Below, piece after piece: positions 22,916 through 36,524 of a stretch of DNA of 64,000 nt. Position 1 is the first letter of the stretch, and each line of letters begins with the position of its first letter. This DNA is from Eledone cirrhosa. Lineage: Eukaryota. Both the position numbers and the translations under genes were made by a program. The notes under the pieces were generated by a model that saw only the letters and a list, made by a program, of their open reading frames with translations, was not told the origin of the DNA and searched no databases. The stretch covers positions 290,160,001 to 290,224,000 of the forward strand of contig OZ024743.1 in the NCBI GenBank assembly GCA_964016885.1, in the 5' to 3' direction.

Positions 22916-24290
22916 CCCATTCTTTTCGTTACCCTCTAAGAAGGAATATGACGTCACTTTCAGCTTATATCTGGAGTCTAAAAGACAACCACACCCAATA
23001 TAAGTTACACTGGGAGATCCTAGCTAAGGCTAGATCGTATTACGGAAATAAAAGACCATGTGACCTCTGCGCCGCTGAGGCCCTGGAAATACTCTACGCC
23101 ACAGACCACATCTTAAACAAAAAATCCGAGGCAATTTCGGCTTGTAAACATAAATTGCACAACACTTTCCTGTATTACAGCCCCACGATATACCCCAACG
23201 GATAGCACGATCTATACGTGGATATTTTAAGTCTTGATGCGGGAGCTAAGTATATGTTTTGTTTATTCCTTTACTTATTTGCATAGGTAAGTATATATTA
23301 CCTGTATGTTCTGTGAAGATATATACCTTCTCGTACGTATATTTGACTGTTATGGCGTATAATTTTTACATATTCTGGTATTTAGGGTTTGGCTATGTGT
23401 ATACGGGAGTTTTGCGTCTGCGTGAGTATGCAGGTTCGTACGTATGGTGGGTGTGCGTATATGTGTACTTCTTGTTTTAGTTGACTTACGTCTCCGAACA
23501 TTCGTGTATTTATTTGTAGGTATGTGCATGCGCTTGTTATATACGTATTTATTTACTTATATACGTTTATATAATTATTTATTTATTTGTACACAAGCAT
23601 ACACACATATTTATATGTGCGTGGTTTCGTATACCTATGGTAAGGTTTTGCGGATGCTTGTGTATGTACGTATCTGTTTGCGTGTATGTATTTATTTGTT
23701 TCTATTACTTCAGTATTGTATTTATCTACTTTGTTCTTAACTCTGTAGCGGAGATTCATTTGGTCTCCTAGTTAGTATTTTAGTCTACGACTTCTGCTAT
23801 ACCATTTACGTGTTTTTGTCTTTGCATGCTATTGTTCTCCACGCTCCACATATGACTTATTATCTTCGTTGTTTCGTTCATTGCCAGAGAACGTCTCTAT
23901 GCACCACCTAAGAGAACATTAGTCTACGACCTCCTTTATACCATAAACGTGGTTCTGTCTTTGCACGTAATTGTTTTTCACCGCTCCTATTAATGACGTA
24001 TTATTCGTTTTTTCCCGTTCTTTGCCAGCGAACGTTACCACGAACCAAAGTATCGTCTTCCTGTCTTCCTCCGGTTGCAACGTTTTTTGAAATATCCAGT
24101 TCTGCGTTTACAGATTGACTTTGTTAGTTTCAGAAGATCCCGTTAAGGGTGAAAGTAGCGATTCTTTGCTTAAACTTTAATCTGTTATTTTAATAAATAT
24201 TTGCTCTCCTTTTTTTATATATTTGATATATATTTTCCTTATCGAGCCCTCTTTGGATTTTAGTCTTCAATTTTATTATTATTACTATAT
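22916..24290 (+). mobile_element. 3' fragment of a third Hydra-like PLE (endonuclease C-terminus + 3' UTR)
   Basis: HSFRYPLRRNMTSLSAYIWSLK..LHWEIL..CDLCAAE..LNKKSEAISACKH (to 23205), homologous to the PLE2 C-terminus. ~139-bp tandem duplication at ~23780-24030; degenerate hammerhead-like cagaaga..ccc/ggg..gaaa at ~24127-24175. Confidence 0.75.
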
Positions 24291-25648
24291 ATATATATAT
24301 ATGTGTGTGTGTGTGCTTACGCGCATGCGAGCCTGTGTATGTATGTATATAGGTATATGTTTTTCCAACTGTATGAGAGATATTAGCAGAATAATGACCA
24401 TCTACGTTTAACCTGATTCTCGCTTGAATATTTAATGTACTAGAAATTGATTCTAGTTAGGTTTGTTTGGATATTTTACTAAGATTTAGTTATAAAGAAA
24501 CCACGAAAAACAATGCCTGGAAGGTGATGATGTCCGTCACCATTTACAGACATACACGTGGATATGCACCCACATGCATTTTCTCACAAAATTATGTAAA
24601 TGAATACGTGTTTTCTTGTATAATTATTTACATCAACAGGTGTATATGCAACTGGGTTACTGCGTTTTTATGTGCATGGCATTATGCTTGTATCTGTATG
24701 TTAACAATTTTCAAAATACCGTACCTCAATTTGTCATAGATTCAATCTGCTTCTCAGTCTGCTATCCTTTCGTATTAGATTGATTTGATAAATTATTCGT
24801 TTTGTATGGTGACCTTATATTTACCAAAACGTTATTGCTTTTCCTCCATATTATGATCGGTGATATGTTTTCATTACATTACACTATTTTTCATACGTGA
24901 AAGATGTAACGATTTTTTGTACTGGTACAGGTGATTTTTACTTGAAAATTCCATTATTACAATAACCTTACATCAGATATTTTTGAACCACAGTTTACCC
25001 ACGCTCTTCAGTGGATCGCCTTATCACTTATTGGATTTGTATTGCATTTGCATGCTCACCAGAGGCGCAGCAGATATATGTATGAAGAATATCAACGCCA
25101 TCAACAAATCGCTGTACATTCAGAAAGCAATCAATGAAGCATCGGATATCTCATTTATTTATCAAAATGAACTGCTAGAAAATAAATGTCTTCTAGGTTC
25201 GATACTTTAATATCTACCTATATGTATTTCATGAATATGGACATAAAATATTGCATAGAAATTCTCATGTCGTTTCTTTGAGTTATACAATTTTCACTGC
25301 AATTTGCTTTTCCAGCAGTTTGGGAATATAACGACATATTTCGTATTGCATTTTATTATATATGTATACTTCATTCCATCAATTGCATAGTTGTAGTGTT
25401 CGAAATTTATAACAAAATCTATTAGCGTACAGGTAGTAGAGAAAGTAATTTGATTCCTAAATAATTATATTCTCTTATTCTTTTTCTTTTTGAAATAATA
25501 TGTGTCTTACCATAATTGTTAGATATGGATGTACATAAATGCTTCTATACATGTATGCATATGTAGACATGGCCATATAAGCACTTTCAAATGCATATTC
25601 ATACACGCTTAATCAACATACCTCTATATATTTATAAACATACCTGTA

Positions 25649-25695
<47 letters not shown>

Positions 25696-25700
<5 letters not shown>

Positions 25701-25900
25701 AACGAGTAGGACCCGACGGCTGAGCTCAAGCCGTTTCGACGGGTAATTCTGGACATTTTAGTCCAGAATTAGCCGTCGAAACGGCTTGAGCTCAGCCGTC
25801 GGGGTCCTACTTGTTCCTATTACCCACACTACTACCCTAAGTATTGACTACTTTGGTGCGTTATGGTCCATCTGGTTCCTTACCACATTTCCTTCGTTAT
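25696..25900 (+). mobile_element. Fold-back element F
   Basis: Near-perfect 59-bp arms 25696-25754 / 25761-25820 with a 6-nt loop; gaaacggc-ttgagctca-gccgtc hammerhead 3' half; tail; (TA)n flanks. Confidence 0.8.
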
Positions 25901-26444
25901 ATATATATATATATATATGAAATGTACTTATGTGTACATGTATAATTTACTCTATGCACACATATTTATAAGAATTACGATAATATTTCCTAAGAAAACT
26001 AATATTTCTATAAAAGAAAAAAATATTTATAATTATTTAGGTTACATATTACTTGTTCTGCTATTTACATGCTAATAGCTTTTATTATAAACAGCATTTC
26101 TTCAATATCTTGTATATTGTAACAAAAGAATTCCGTATAATAAAATGCTCAAACAAATAAAGATAGTATAGCGCAATGCATATTATCTTTTTGATATGCC
26201 GAAACTACAGGAAAGCATATTTCAATGAAAATTGTATAGATCAAACAAATGAAACAAGTAGATGTATGTACTAAATATAGTGATACATCTATATGTTATA
26301 TATGAATTAAAAGAAGGGTGTGATGATTCTATCGTTTTCATTTGACATTACATATTCTATCTATGCTATCTTATTTTCTGCAATATCAAATCAAAGCGAA
26401 TTGTCTTTTGAAAAGGAGAATAAAACGTTTCGCAGAAAAACTCA

Positions 26445-26891
26445 CAACCCCCCCCCCGCATACCCCCCCCACATACATACAAACACACACGCACGCACAG
26501 ACACACACACAGACAAGCGCACGCACACACTCACAAACACACGCACACACACCCACACAAACACATAAACACACATAAACACTCACACACACTCACACAC
26601 ACTCACACACAAACACGCACGCACACATACGCATAAGATATGATGCATCGCATTTACATGTCCATTTTGCATAGCAAGTTGGCATATAATAGTTATAGTA
26701 ATAGTAACTCCAGCACATTGTTTATCTCCTTTGAAATACATAGCTGATTGATGTTGTTTTGCCCGTCTTACTATTTTATATATATAGTTCTTCACACACA
26801 CATACACAAGCACACACACACGCATGCACAAACACTCACGAATACCCACTCACACATTCATAAAACAAATCCCTCCCTATCTTTTTCACAG

Positions 26892-26970
<79 letters not shown>

Positions 26971-26998
26971 ATATATATATATATATGTGTGTGTGTAT
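26445..26998. repeat. Degenerate (CA)n, (CT)n, (TA)n, (TG)n cluster
   Basis: Directly visible. Confidence 0.9.
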
Positions 26999-28582
26999 GC
27001 TTACGCCATATTTGACTACATAGTATTAGTCTGTTAGTTGAGGTTAAAAAACCACTTTGAATGGAAAAAGGATGAGAATTGATGCACAGAGTGTTTTCAA
27101 AATCCCAACTAACAGACTAATACGATGTAGTCAAATATCGCGTAAACCCATGTTACTACCTCCTATATACATGACCATTGCAGTGTTGTCCTGGTGTGTT
27201 AGTCTTTTAAAACACGAATTAATTTATATTGATTTCTCCTTTTGTTTGTCGCAATGATAAACGCAAATGTTGAAGAAGATACCATGAAATTAGCTAAATG
27301 CTATTGCTTCCGTTTGATGCCGATTTCTAAGATGTTCTTTTGTGATCCCCGTGGTGGTGGTGGTGGTGGGAGGGTTATTGGTCTGAGATATGTATATGTC
27401 GAGTGTTTAATAATGACACACTGGACGATTTGTAATAGGTTTCCACTCATCCTGTTCCTGAGGAAGTCAATATGAGAGATTCAGCTCATCCAATTTTCTA
27501 GATGTAATAGTAAACATAAAACATATTATGATGAGAGCATTTCGGATTCACATTTGACAGTAATTGTATTAAATAATATATGGACATTCTCCCTTAATGC
27601 AGAACTTGCCGTATGTACTTCCGTTAAATTATATGTTACTAGAAGCTGAATTATACCATCTCATTATAAAAGTATTTCTCCTTTAGTTGTCATATTGGAT
27701 TTGGTAGACCTGTTGCATTTTACTTAATTTGAAATTGAAAGTCTCATTGCTGATTAGCATAATGATCCTTAAATGAGGTTTTATACATTTCTTTCTGTAT
27801 TTCATTGCGTTACAATGATTGCGAAAATGTCGTTTCAGAATTGCATTTACTGTTAAGCGGGATTTAGTTAATCGATTTCTGATTTGCAACTGAACCTCTT
27901 GTGTTTGTTTCCGAATTAATTATTAGTGTATTTCTGCTACTCTATTGTACCTAAAAACTAATGTTACTTGTGTAACCGTTAGATCAAGTCACCATTAATT
28001 CGTATGTTGGCAGAGAGCGTCAAATATGAACTAAGAATTCAGAGCCGGAAGAAATATCACATATGTCGCCCGACATTCGAACAATTTCATCAATCGACAA
28101 CATCCAGAAATGGAATATATTTATGGAATGATCATCCGAAAGAATAAAAAGATGATTTGATATCAGCGGAATTGAAACTCAGATTGCCGGAACAAATACC
28201 CCAAACAATTTAATTCGATAATTACACAACTCTATCAATTCACCACCTTAATGTATTATGTTAATGGAAAACGTTGTATGAAATATTAGACTTCTTTTCT
28301 GATATTCATTTATCTCATGAATTATCAGCATATTCAATAATTATTTTTAAATGTTATACAATGATTTATTTAATTATAATAGCAGGGAAGAAAAGTCAAG
28401 AATTTATAACGACAACTGGATTAGATAAGTGTTAAATCACTTTAAGATAATGCAGCATATTCCATCATATCGATAGCTTTGATGCTAATATTAAGTAATG
28501 CACTCAGGGGCATTATAGGATTCAATGCAAGGAGCCTAGAGCAGCTAATCCCCTGTCTTTACATATTATACATAGGTATGGA

Positions 28583-28617
<35 letters not shown>

Positions 28618-28620
<3 letters not shown>

Positions 28621-29110
28621 GGAGGTGAGTTTTATTGTAGCACAATAAAGCAATGCAAGTATCGGATAAGTAGCACTCAACAGTTTATAGGACTGGAGTA
28701 TAAATAATATAAGTTCAAAAGATGGTTAAAAGAGTTCCATGTATTTTATTATGCGCATTTCAAAAACAAATATCATCATGGGATGATACTTGCGTTCTCA
28801 TCAGATAAAATAGGGAGATATGATATGAAGTTTAAAAAACACTTGCGAGTAGTGAAGTGTTAAATCTACATATGAAAAATAAAATAAAATGGATATATTT
28901 TTTCCCAATCTCATATATCCATCTTATTTTATTTTTGATATGTAGATTTAACACTTCACTGCTCGTAAGTGTTTTTTAAACTTCATATCATGTCTCCCTA
29001 TTTTATCTGATGAAAACGCAAGTATCATCCCATGATGATATTTGTTTTTGAAATGCACATAATAAAATACATGGAACTATTTTAACCATCTTTTGATCTT
29101 ATATTATATA
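28618..29110 (-). mobile_element. Fold-back element G
   Basis: ~195-bp arms 28703-28897 / 28913-29108, a hammerhead in each arm, unique extension 28618-28702, (TA)n flanks. Related to 61895-62325. Confidence 0.82.
28999..29069 (+). ncRNA. Type I hammerhead ribozyme
   Basis: tattttat-ctgatga-a-stem II (caagtatcatc/ccat/gatgatatttg)-gaaa-tgcacat-a-ataaaata. The mirror copy at 28742-28812 has the palindromic atgcgcat stem III. Confidence 0.8.
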
Positions 29111-30429
29111 TATATATGTGTGTGTGTTTGCTTGCATGTAAATGCTTGTATGGATATGCGTATGCTGGTGTAAACGTTTGTTAAATTTACTTTTCTATAT
29201 ATCTCTGGTGGCTGCATTGCTTTTGATAGTCTATTTCATCTGTTAAGCTGATTGACAATAATTAGAGAAATTACTAGAACATGTCATCCATTACTGCCCA
29301 AGATTATTCTTACGTCAAATCCTTTAAATTCTGTATGTGAAATAAAAGATACTTCTTACATTTTCCTTATTTCAGCTTCTGTCGTCCCAGAATGCCTAGT
29401 TAGTATGTGAGTTAAATATTCATCGACCTGGTGATTATATAATATGGCTGGCTGTATCTTCTTTCGGTGTTCAAGCAACTTTAATCTGAAATGATTTGAT
29501 AATGCTATATGAGGGTAGAAAATATGTAGCGGTGAGATCGGTAAGGTAAATGCAAACTAAGAAAGTCATCATTAGGTTCTTATGTAAAATGTTCATATTG
29601 CCTCATTATAAATACTTTACTCATGTATTCATTGTTTATCTGAGAAATAATATTTTTTGCATTGGACATATATCTGTATAACTTTTGATCCCCATTTCTG
29701 AGGTTCCGAGGCCAAGGACAATCATATCAATGCACATTTGTATCATGTTATATGTACATGATTCTCAGCCGGGAAAAATATGATGTCGGCGGATCCAGAA
29801 CTATCATTCGACCACTACTCGGAAGCTTACTAAGGGACCACAGCTCGTTCACCTTCATTACACGGGTGAAACCGTTGACCATATAATTGTTTGTCACGTA
29901 CATGACTAATGTATTCCATATAACGCGGCTTTCAAATCAATAATCCATCTCCTATACCGACTGCTTCACACTAGAGGATGCCGTTAAATCACATGAGTTT
30001 TTCAAATCGTTGATGGGTTTTATTTTTCATCACGTGGGGTGTCTAAAAATTTAAGCTTGGTGTGGCTGTCGGTTATGTCTAGGGCAACCTGATCCTGTGA
30101 CAGGTGCTACTGGGTTGCATATTTCCATCATCAGTGTGTGTGTTTATGTGTGTGTGTTTGGTGTGTGTTTGGTGTGTGTGTGTGATTCTGAGTATATTTA
30201 TTTGTACAAACTCTAATTATATGTATAGCGAGATGCACATGAGACCATCGATCAAGAACTGTGAGCGTAAATGCAAGCGCTTATATGTGAGGGCGTTCAC
30301 AATTATATAGATACATATATGTACGTTTACACAAGAGGCATTCCCTGCGTGGTGCAGAAGGAGACCGACAGTGGCACAGATATGCAAGTCGTCACCTCCA
30401 ACGCCATATGTATGGTATGTACCAGGTTT

Positions 30430-30521
30430 ATTTTTTCAGAGATACCAAGCACACATACAGACAGACGCACACACACGCACATGCACACACGCACATATAT
30501 ATATAAATATACACATGTATA

Positions 30522-30552
<31 letters not shown>

Positions 30553-30646
30553 TTTCAGATATATTTTTTCAGAGATACCAAGCACACATACAGACAGACA
30601 CACACACACGCACATGCACACACATGTATATATACACACACACATG

Positions 30647-30720
<74 letters not shown>
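30430..30720. repeat. Tandem duplication (~150 bp) with (CA)/(TA) repeats
   Basis: ttttttcagagataccaagcacacatacagacagac occurs at ~30431 and ~30584. Confidence 0.85.
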
Positions 30721-30724
<4 letters not shown>

Positions 30725-30807
30725 TATACTTTTTTCCTATTTCCCACTCTACTACGCTAATTATTGAGTACTCTGGTGCGTTATGGTTCCTTACGGCAAT
30801 TCCTTTG

Positions 30808-30812
<5 letters not shown>
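30721..30812 (+). mobile_element. Solo 3' tail of the D/F element family in (TA)n
   Basis: ttcctatttcccactctactacgctaattattgagtactctggtgcgttatggt matches 25814-25868. Confidence 0.7.
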
Positions 30813-30887
<75 letters not shown>

Positions 30888-32087
30888 GTGTAAGTATGTA
30901 TGTTCTTATGGTTTTATAATTTTATAAATTGTTACCAATAGAGAGAGTTGGTTTGTAACGTATATACAAGACTCTCTCATTGGGATTTCGACAACATCAA
31001 CTAGGTAGATATGTCTGCATATCTGCATGCATGTGTGTGGAGGTATGGTTGTTATTGTATGTGTGGATGTGGATGTTTTGAGTTACATGTGCGCATGTAC
31101 ATATGCTTTGTATCTGTACATATGCACATGCAGTTATTAGATCAGAATATTTGGACTATTTTACATACTTTTACTTATCCATAAATGAATTATACATGTA
31201 ATTTTCTAACTAGTCGTGTTCTCTCTGTTTCTGTGTAGTGATGTCTGTCTGCCTGTTTGTATGTATGTATTTGTATGTATATATATATTCAAACATTTCT
31301 TTCTGGGAGTTGCACATATCTCATAACCATTAACGAATTATCGTCTATGCAGAATGGAGAATTCCATGTCAGTAGTATACACACAGCATTGATATGGAAT
31401 CGCGTTTGACACGACGGGGAATCTATACGATGAAATGTTAAGATTGATTTCAGTAATTCCATAATTAGTTTATTTTGGGCATTTCAGAAATATATTGCAT
31501 ATATTCAACTACAGCAAGTATGATAACATTGGATGATTTCAAACAATTATATATGTGTGTCCAAAACAGAAAATAAAACTATCGATATGCATCTAACACT
31601 GACACAACAATATTGTCTTAGATATTTATTTTTATTTTTAATATATTCAGGAGATTATGGTGACTGAATATCTAATATGTTTTTGTCTCTTTTCTTTGCT
31701 TTTACACAGAATATGCATGTTCATCCCCAATCACAATCTATCATAGACATGGATCGACCGAATTCATATTTTTGAAATAGGAAAATCTAGTGATTTCATT
31801 TTTAACTTACTTAGTTGAAAGATGGATGTGATTGCTGGAGGTAAATAATTTGTAATCATTTAATTCAAGAGATTGATAATGTTGAGAATCCCAGTCCGTT
31901 TAGACAACAGGCTGAGCTAATCCTTGTCGATTACATAATACGAGGAATAATTTGGGTAATAGAACGTTGACAACAGGTACACTACTAAATATATAGTTTA
32001 AATTTCAAATGTGATAACACAAATTTGAAGTATGGAATAATTACAGTATGTCACAGTATGATGTAAATATTATTATCATTAAGGGAT

Positions 32088-32181
32088 TCTTCTTCTTCTT
32101 CTTCTTCTTCTTCTTCTTCTTCTTCTTCTTCATATTATTATTATTATTATTATTATGATTATTATTATTATTATTATTATT
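32088..32181. repeat. (CTT)n(ATT)n, left border of the LINE array
   Basis: Directly visible. Confidence 0.97.
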
Positions 32182-35100
32182 GTTATTGTTATTCCTTGAA
32201 TCTCAGTCATTGATGTTGGTTAACTGGAAAGTCCGTTGGATTGAATATCAAGCCACTACCTGCAGCCTCAGATATTCAGGACGTATCGGAGGGTTCTTGC
32301 TGTTCCAAGCAAGCATGCCTTTTGAAGCGTTCCAAAAAGCGTGAAGGGGCCGATTTTCTTTAACCATCCCTGGAAACCTTTGGAGATAGTCCCCTCGTTT
32401 TGAGGGCCTGCTCCTGCGCAGCCATTAGCATTCCTTCTGTAGCCTTTTTGAGGTCTCCTCTTCTCAACCAGTTCCATGTCTGTGGATCTCTAAATTCAGT
32501 TTTCTCAAAGAAGGTACTATGAAGGGATTTTCCCTTAAGGCTGCTCTTCCTCCTTGATGTTATTTCCTCCTTGGAAATCCCCTGGCCTACTGTCCCCTCC
32601 TTCAGTACAGTTCTGAGCATTGGCTTCTTACTATAGGTCACGTATTTGTATAGGTTGTTTTTCTAGATCTGAACACAGTCCTCTATGCTGATAAGACCTC
32701 TTCCACCCTCAGATCTCCTTAGGTAGAGTCTATCGACATCACTCCTCTTGTGGAACATGTTGTAGATAGTCAATAGTTTCCTAGTCTTCCTATCCATTTC
32801 TTTTTGTTCAGCAACATTCCATCTCAGAATTCCCGCACTGTACCTCATAATAGACACAGCTCGGGAATTTACTGCGCTTATGGCATTTCTGCTGTTCAGA
32901 TGTGACTTCAATACGCTCCTTACTCTCCGAATGTATTCAGTTCTTAACAATTCCTTCATTTTTTTGTTCTTTATGCCATCAGCCTCCAGAACGCCCAAAT
33001 ACTTGTATCCTTCCTCAGAGTCAATTTCCTTTATCATCTCACCTGTTGGTATCTGGATCCCGTTACTTCTGCTCAACCTACCCCTCTTCATCACAATGAC
33101 TCCACATTTACCAATACCAAACTGCATACATATATCACTGCTGAAAATACGGACAGTGTCAACAAGCACATCCAACTCCTTCTCACTTTTCCCGAAGAGC
33201 TTAAGATCGTCCATGAAGAGGAGGTGATTGATGGTAAGCTCTCCCCTTCCCAACTTGTATCCTGCTCTCACTTTTCGCAGCATAATGGTCAAGGACATCA
33301 GGGCAAGGACAAACAACAGAGGGGACAGGCTATCTCCCTGGAAGATACCTCTCTTGATCTTCACGCTTCCCAAGGATACTCCAGTTGATGTCAGCTCTGT
33401 CTCCCAGGACCCCATACTCCTGCCTAGCAACTGTCTGATGTTATCCGCCACCCTGAAGATCTCCAGGCTTTTGGTGATCCAGGAATGAGGCACCATGTCA
33501 AATGCCTTTCTGTAGTCTATCCATCCCTTGGCAAGATCAGTGTGTCTCCTCCTGCAATTCCCCATTACCATCTTATCAATAAGCAACTGGTCCTTTGTAC
33601 CACGTGACTTCTTTCGGCATCCTTTCTGTTCGTCCGGTAACAAGTTGTTTCTGTGGAGGTGATGGTAGATTTCCTCAGACACAATGCTCGTCAACAGTTT
33701 CCACATTACGGGCAGACATGTGATAGGTCTATAGTTGGTAGCATCATTACCCTTGATTCGGTCTTTCATTATCAGAACTGTGGTACCTTTTGTCAACCAC
33801 TCTGGCACCTCACCCGACACCAAGCAGTCATTGAACATGGCCGTCAGCTTCGGGTGGAGGGATGTTAAATGTTTAATCCAATACCCCTGCACACCATCTG
33901 GGCCTGGTGATTTCCAGTTGGTTAGTTTTTTGGCTTGCCCCTTAAGAGTTTCAACTGTGATACTCAAATCAGTCTGTTGTCGTGCCTGCTCACCGATCTC
34001 CCTCTGTACTGTCTCAATCCACCCTGCCTGGGCATTGTGTCTAACATCCTGCTCCCATATTCCTCTCCAGAATGTTTTAGTTTGTTCCGCCCCAGGGATC
34101 AAGTCGTTGCCTCTTTCTTTCCCCTCAAGCTGTCCAAACAGCATCTTCTGGTTGTTGTCGAACATGCAGTTCTGTTTATACTGACTGACTCTGTTCTCGT
34201 ATCGCCTGATTTTTGCACTCTTTGCTACAATGCGTTGCTTCAATTCCTCTATGATAATATTTAGCTTTTTACTCCTAGTTTTGTATTTTATTTCCAGTCT
34301 ATTTTAAGTGCCTATGTTTTTTAGTGTCCCATTCAGTAGTGACTCAAGCTTTCCTATGTCATTTCTCATTTCCCCGATTTGCCCACTCAGTCGCTTCTTC
34401 CACCACGGCTCTGCTCTTTCTTGTCTGTTGTTTCCTCTCGCTTTTATACCAAGTAGTTTCCTCACCGTATTTGCTGTTGCTTTGAGGATATTGTTGCACT
34501 GGTGAAGGCTCCTCGCCTCAAGGTATGGGATAACTTTGTTTACCTTAGCTGTTGTTTCTTTTAACTTTTTCCTGTCTACAAATCTTAGGTTCATAGGTCT
34601 CCCACTATCATTGTTCAATTCATCTACCACTAAATTTAGGATGTCAACCGAATCTTGTCCTAGCCCGTCAGCATTCATCTCCTCAGTGGCCGTATCTCTG
34701 TTCCAGGTATTATTTATCTCAGTATTCAGATCATTGTCTGCTTCGGGTGGTTCCTCCGTTCTCAGGACCTCCTCACCTTCATTTCCCACCGGCTCGCTTG
34801 TCTGGCATACTACACCCGCCATCTCCAAGCCATTCTCTCTGCTCAGTTCCTCCAGTTCCAGCTCGCTTATCCACCCATTAGTTCTTATTACCCGAGCCTG
34901 CCCGGCCAATTTTTGTTCATCTAATTTAAATAAACCAATCTCGTTCCAGATGTTATGCATCCGTCTCCTGTAGCCCCTCTCCTTGGGGTTACTTTTCAGG
35001 TAGCATTGCATAACAGTTCTATTCAATTCTTTCGTTCAGTTGGTTCTGGCCCCTTTCCTTCTTCTTCTTCCTCCAACATCAGCAGTATTTGGTTGACAGT

Positions 35101-35433
35101 CAGGTTCCTGCTGCTGAGCCAGGGGGCACCTGTTGGGTGAGAGTCTGTCACATGACGTTCTAGTCTCCATTTCACCGTTATTCGAACTGTTTATGTTCGA
35201 TATTTAAACACTCTTATCGAGGATTGGCGAATGTATAGTTACATAGCCATCTGTGGATCCGCCATCCCACTTGGCCCTTGTGTGGCATTATCGCCACGCT
35301 GTATACGAACACACATACACAAACAAACACACAGGCAGAAAGGGCCCCAAAAATGAATAAGCATAAGTTTCATTGTAATGTAGTGTTCGAATGTCTGACT
35401 TAGTTTTTGTTTTTTAAGTTTTACTTTTTCCCC
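32182..35433 (-). mobile_element. R4/Dong-like RLE non-LTR retrotransposon, copy 1 (full 5' end, ~490 bp deletion of CCHC/RLE)
   Basis: Highly similar to 42261-46003; RT LFMDD; deletion junction at 32394; stops at ~35036, 34304 and 32663; (TAA)n tail. Confidence 0.92.
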
Positions 35434-36260
35434 CCTCTTCTCTGTCCGTCCGCCTGCTTCTCTCTTCATTCTTATTTTCTTTACGTTTTTGGGGTTTCTT
35501 TTTTTGTTTTTGTTTTTCTCTGTTTGTTTTTCTCGTTTTTGCTGTTGTTGCTGTGTTGCTTTGGTTTTGTTGTTTGTTTTTTCTTTTTTCTTTTGAGTCT
35601 ATCTATATATTTTGATGCCTTCCTCTTTGTTAGTAGTAAGAATTCTATAATGTGGGAGTAGCAGCCAGCAGGGAGAAGTGGGAGACTGCGGCGGTAGCGA
35701 TACTGAGACAGTGGTGGTGGTGATGTCGATACCGAGGCAGTGGTGGCGGTGATGTGCCCGTATTACTGTAGTGATGGTGCTGTAGCGGTGGCAGTAGTGA
35801 AGGAGTCAAGGGGTGGTGGCGGCGGTGATGGGATAGTGGTGGTAATGATGGCCGTAGTGAGCGGTGGCGGTGAGGTGAAAATGTCGTTATCTGGCTGTTG
35901 TGTTTAGTGTACACAGATGATGGGGTGGGTGGTGTATCTAGTTTCTGGTGTTGGTGAGTTTAGCTGTCCTATATAGTGTAGCCAGAGGAGAGGAGGGGGG
36001 GTTCTTCTTCTTCCATTTATAGTCATTTTCTTTTTTGGATATACAGTGTACAATACAAAGTTGAATATTTGAATATTTGAGCCTTATAACAATATATTTT
36101 GGGTCCGAATTATTTTGGGCTCAAGCCGAGTGCTTTACGTAGCATTTGTACTAAGAGTTGTTATTTCACAAATGGTTTAAATATGTTAAAAATTCAAAAC
36201 TTACGGGAGCGATTTCATGACCTCCGTCACCTCGTGCGTCTTCTTCCCTTATTCTTATTA
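35434..36260 (-). mobile_element. Probable 5' UTR / ORF1-start fragment of another Tx1-like element
   Basis: The minus strand begins after (AAT)n with ggtgacggagg..ctcccgtaag, similar to the 54190 5' end ggttgacggaggctcggctctgtaag. CA-rich Thr/Pro-type low-complexity sequence follows, as in the ORF1s. Confidence 0.4.
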
Positions 36261-36263
36261 TTC

Positions 36264-36315
<52 letters not shown>

Positions 36316-36524
36316 GGCGACCTACGTAGGAAATCGTATTATCGTGAGCTCCGCAAAGGTTTGTTATTTCCGTTTGTTTAAAAATTGCCATTTATGGAAA
36401 ATTTTATTGTAAACTGTTTATAAGCACACATACATTGTTTTCCGAAAAGGACACCCAAAAAGATTGGGGCCTTGTGCCCAAAATTTTAACTTTTATTATT
36501 ATCCAAAAATTTCTTTGAAAAAAA

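Noticed and set aside
30271-30927. 218-aa ORF and a possible exon near 30336-30415
   Set aside because: Mostly dinucleotide repeats; no domain or reliable splice support.
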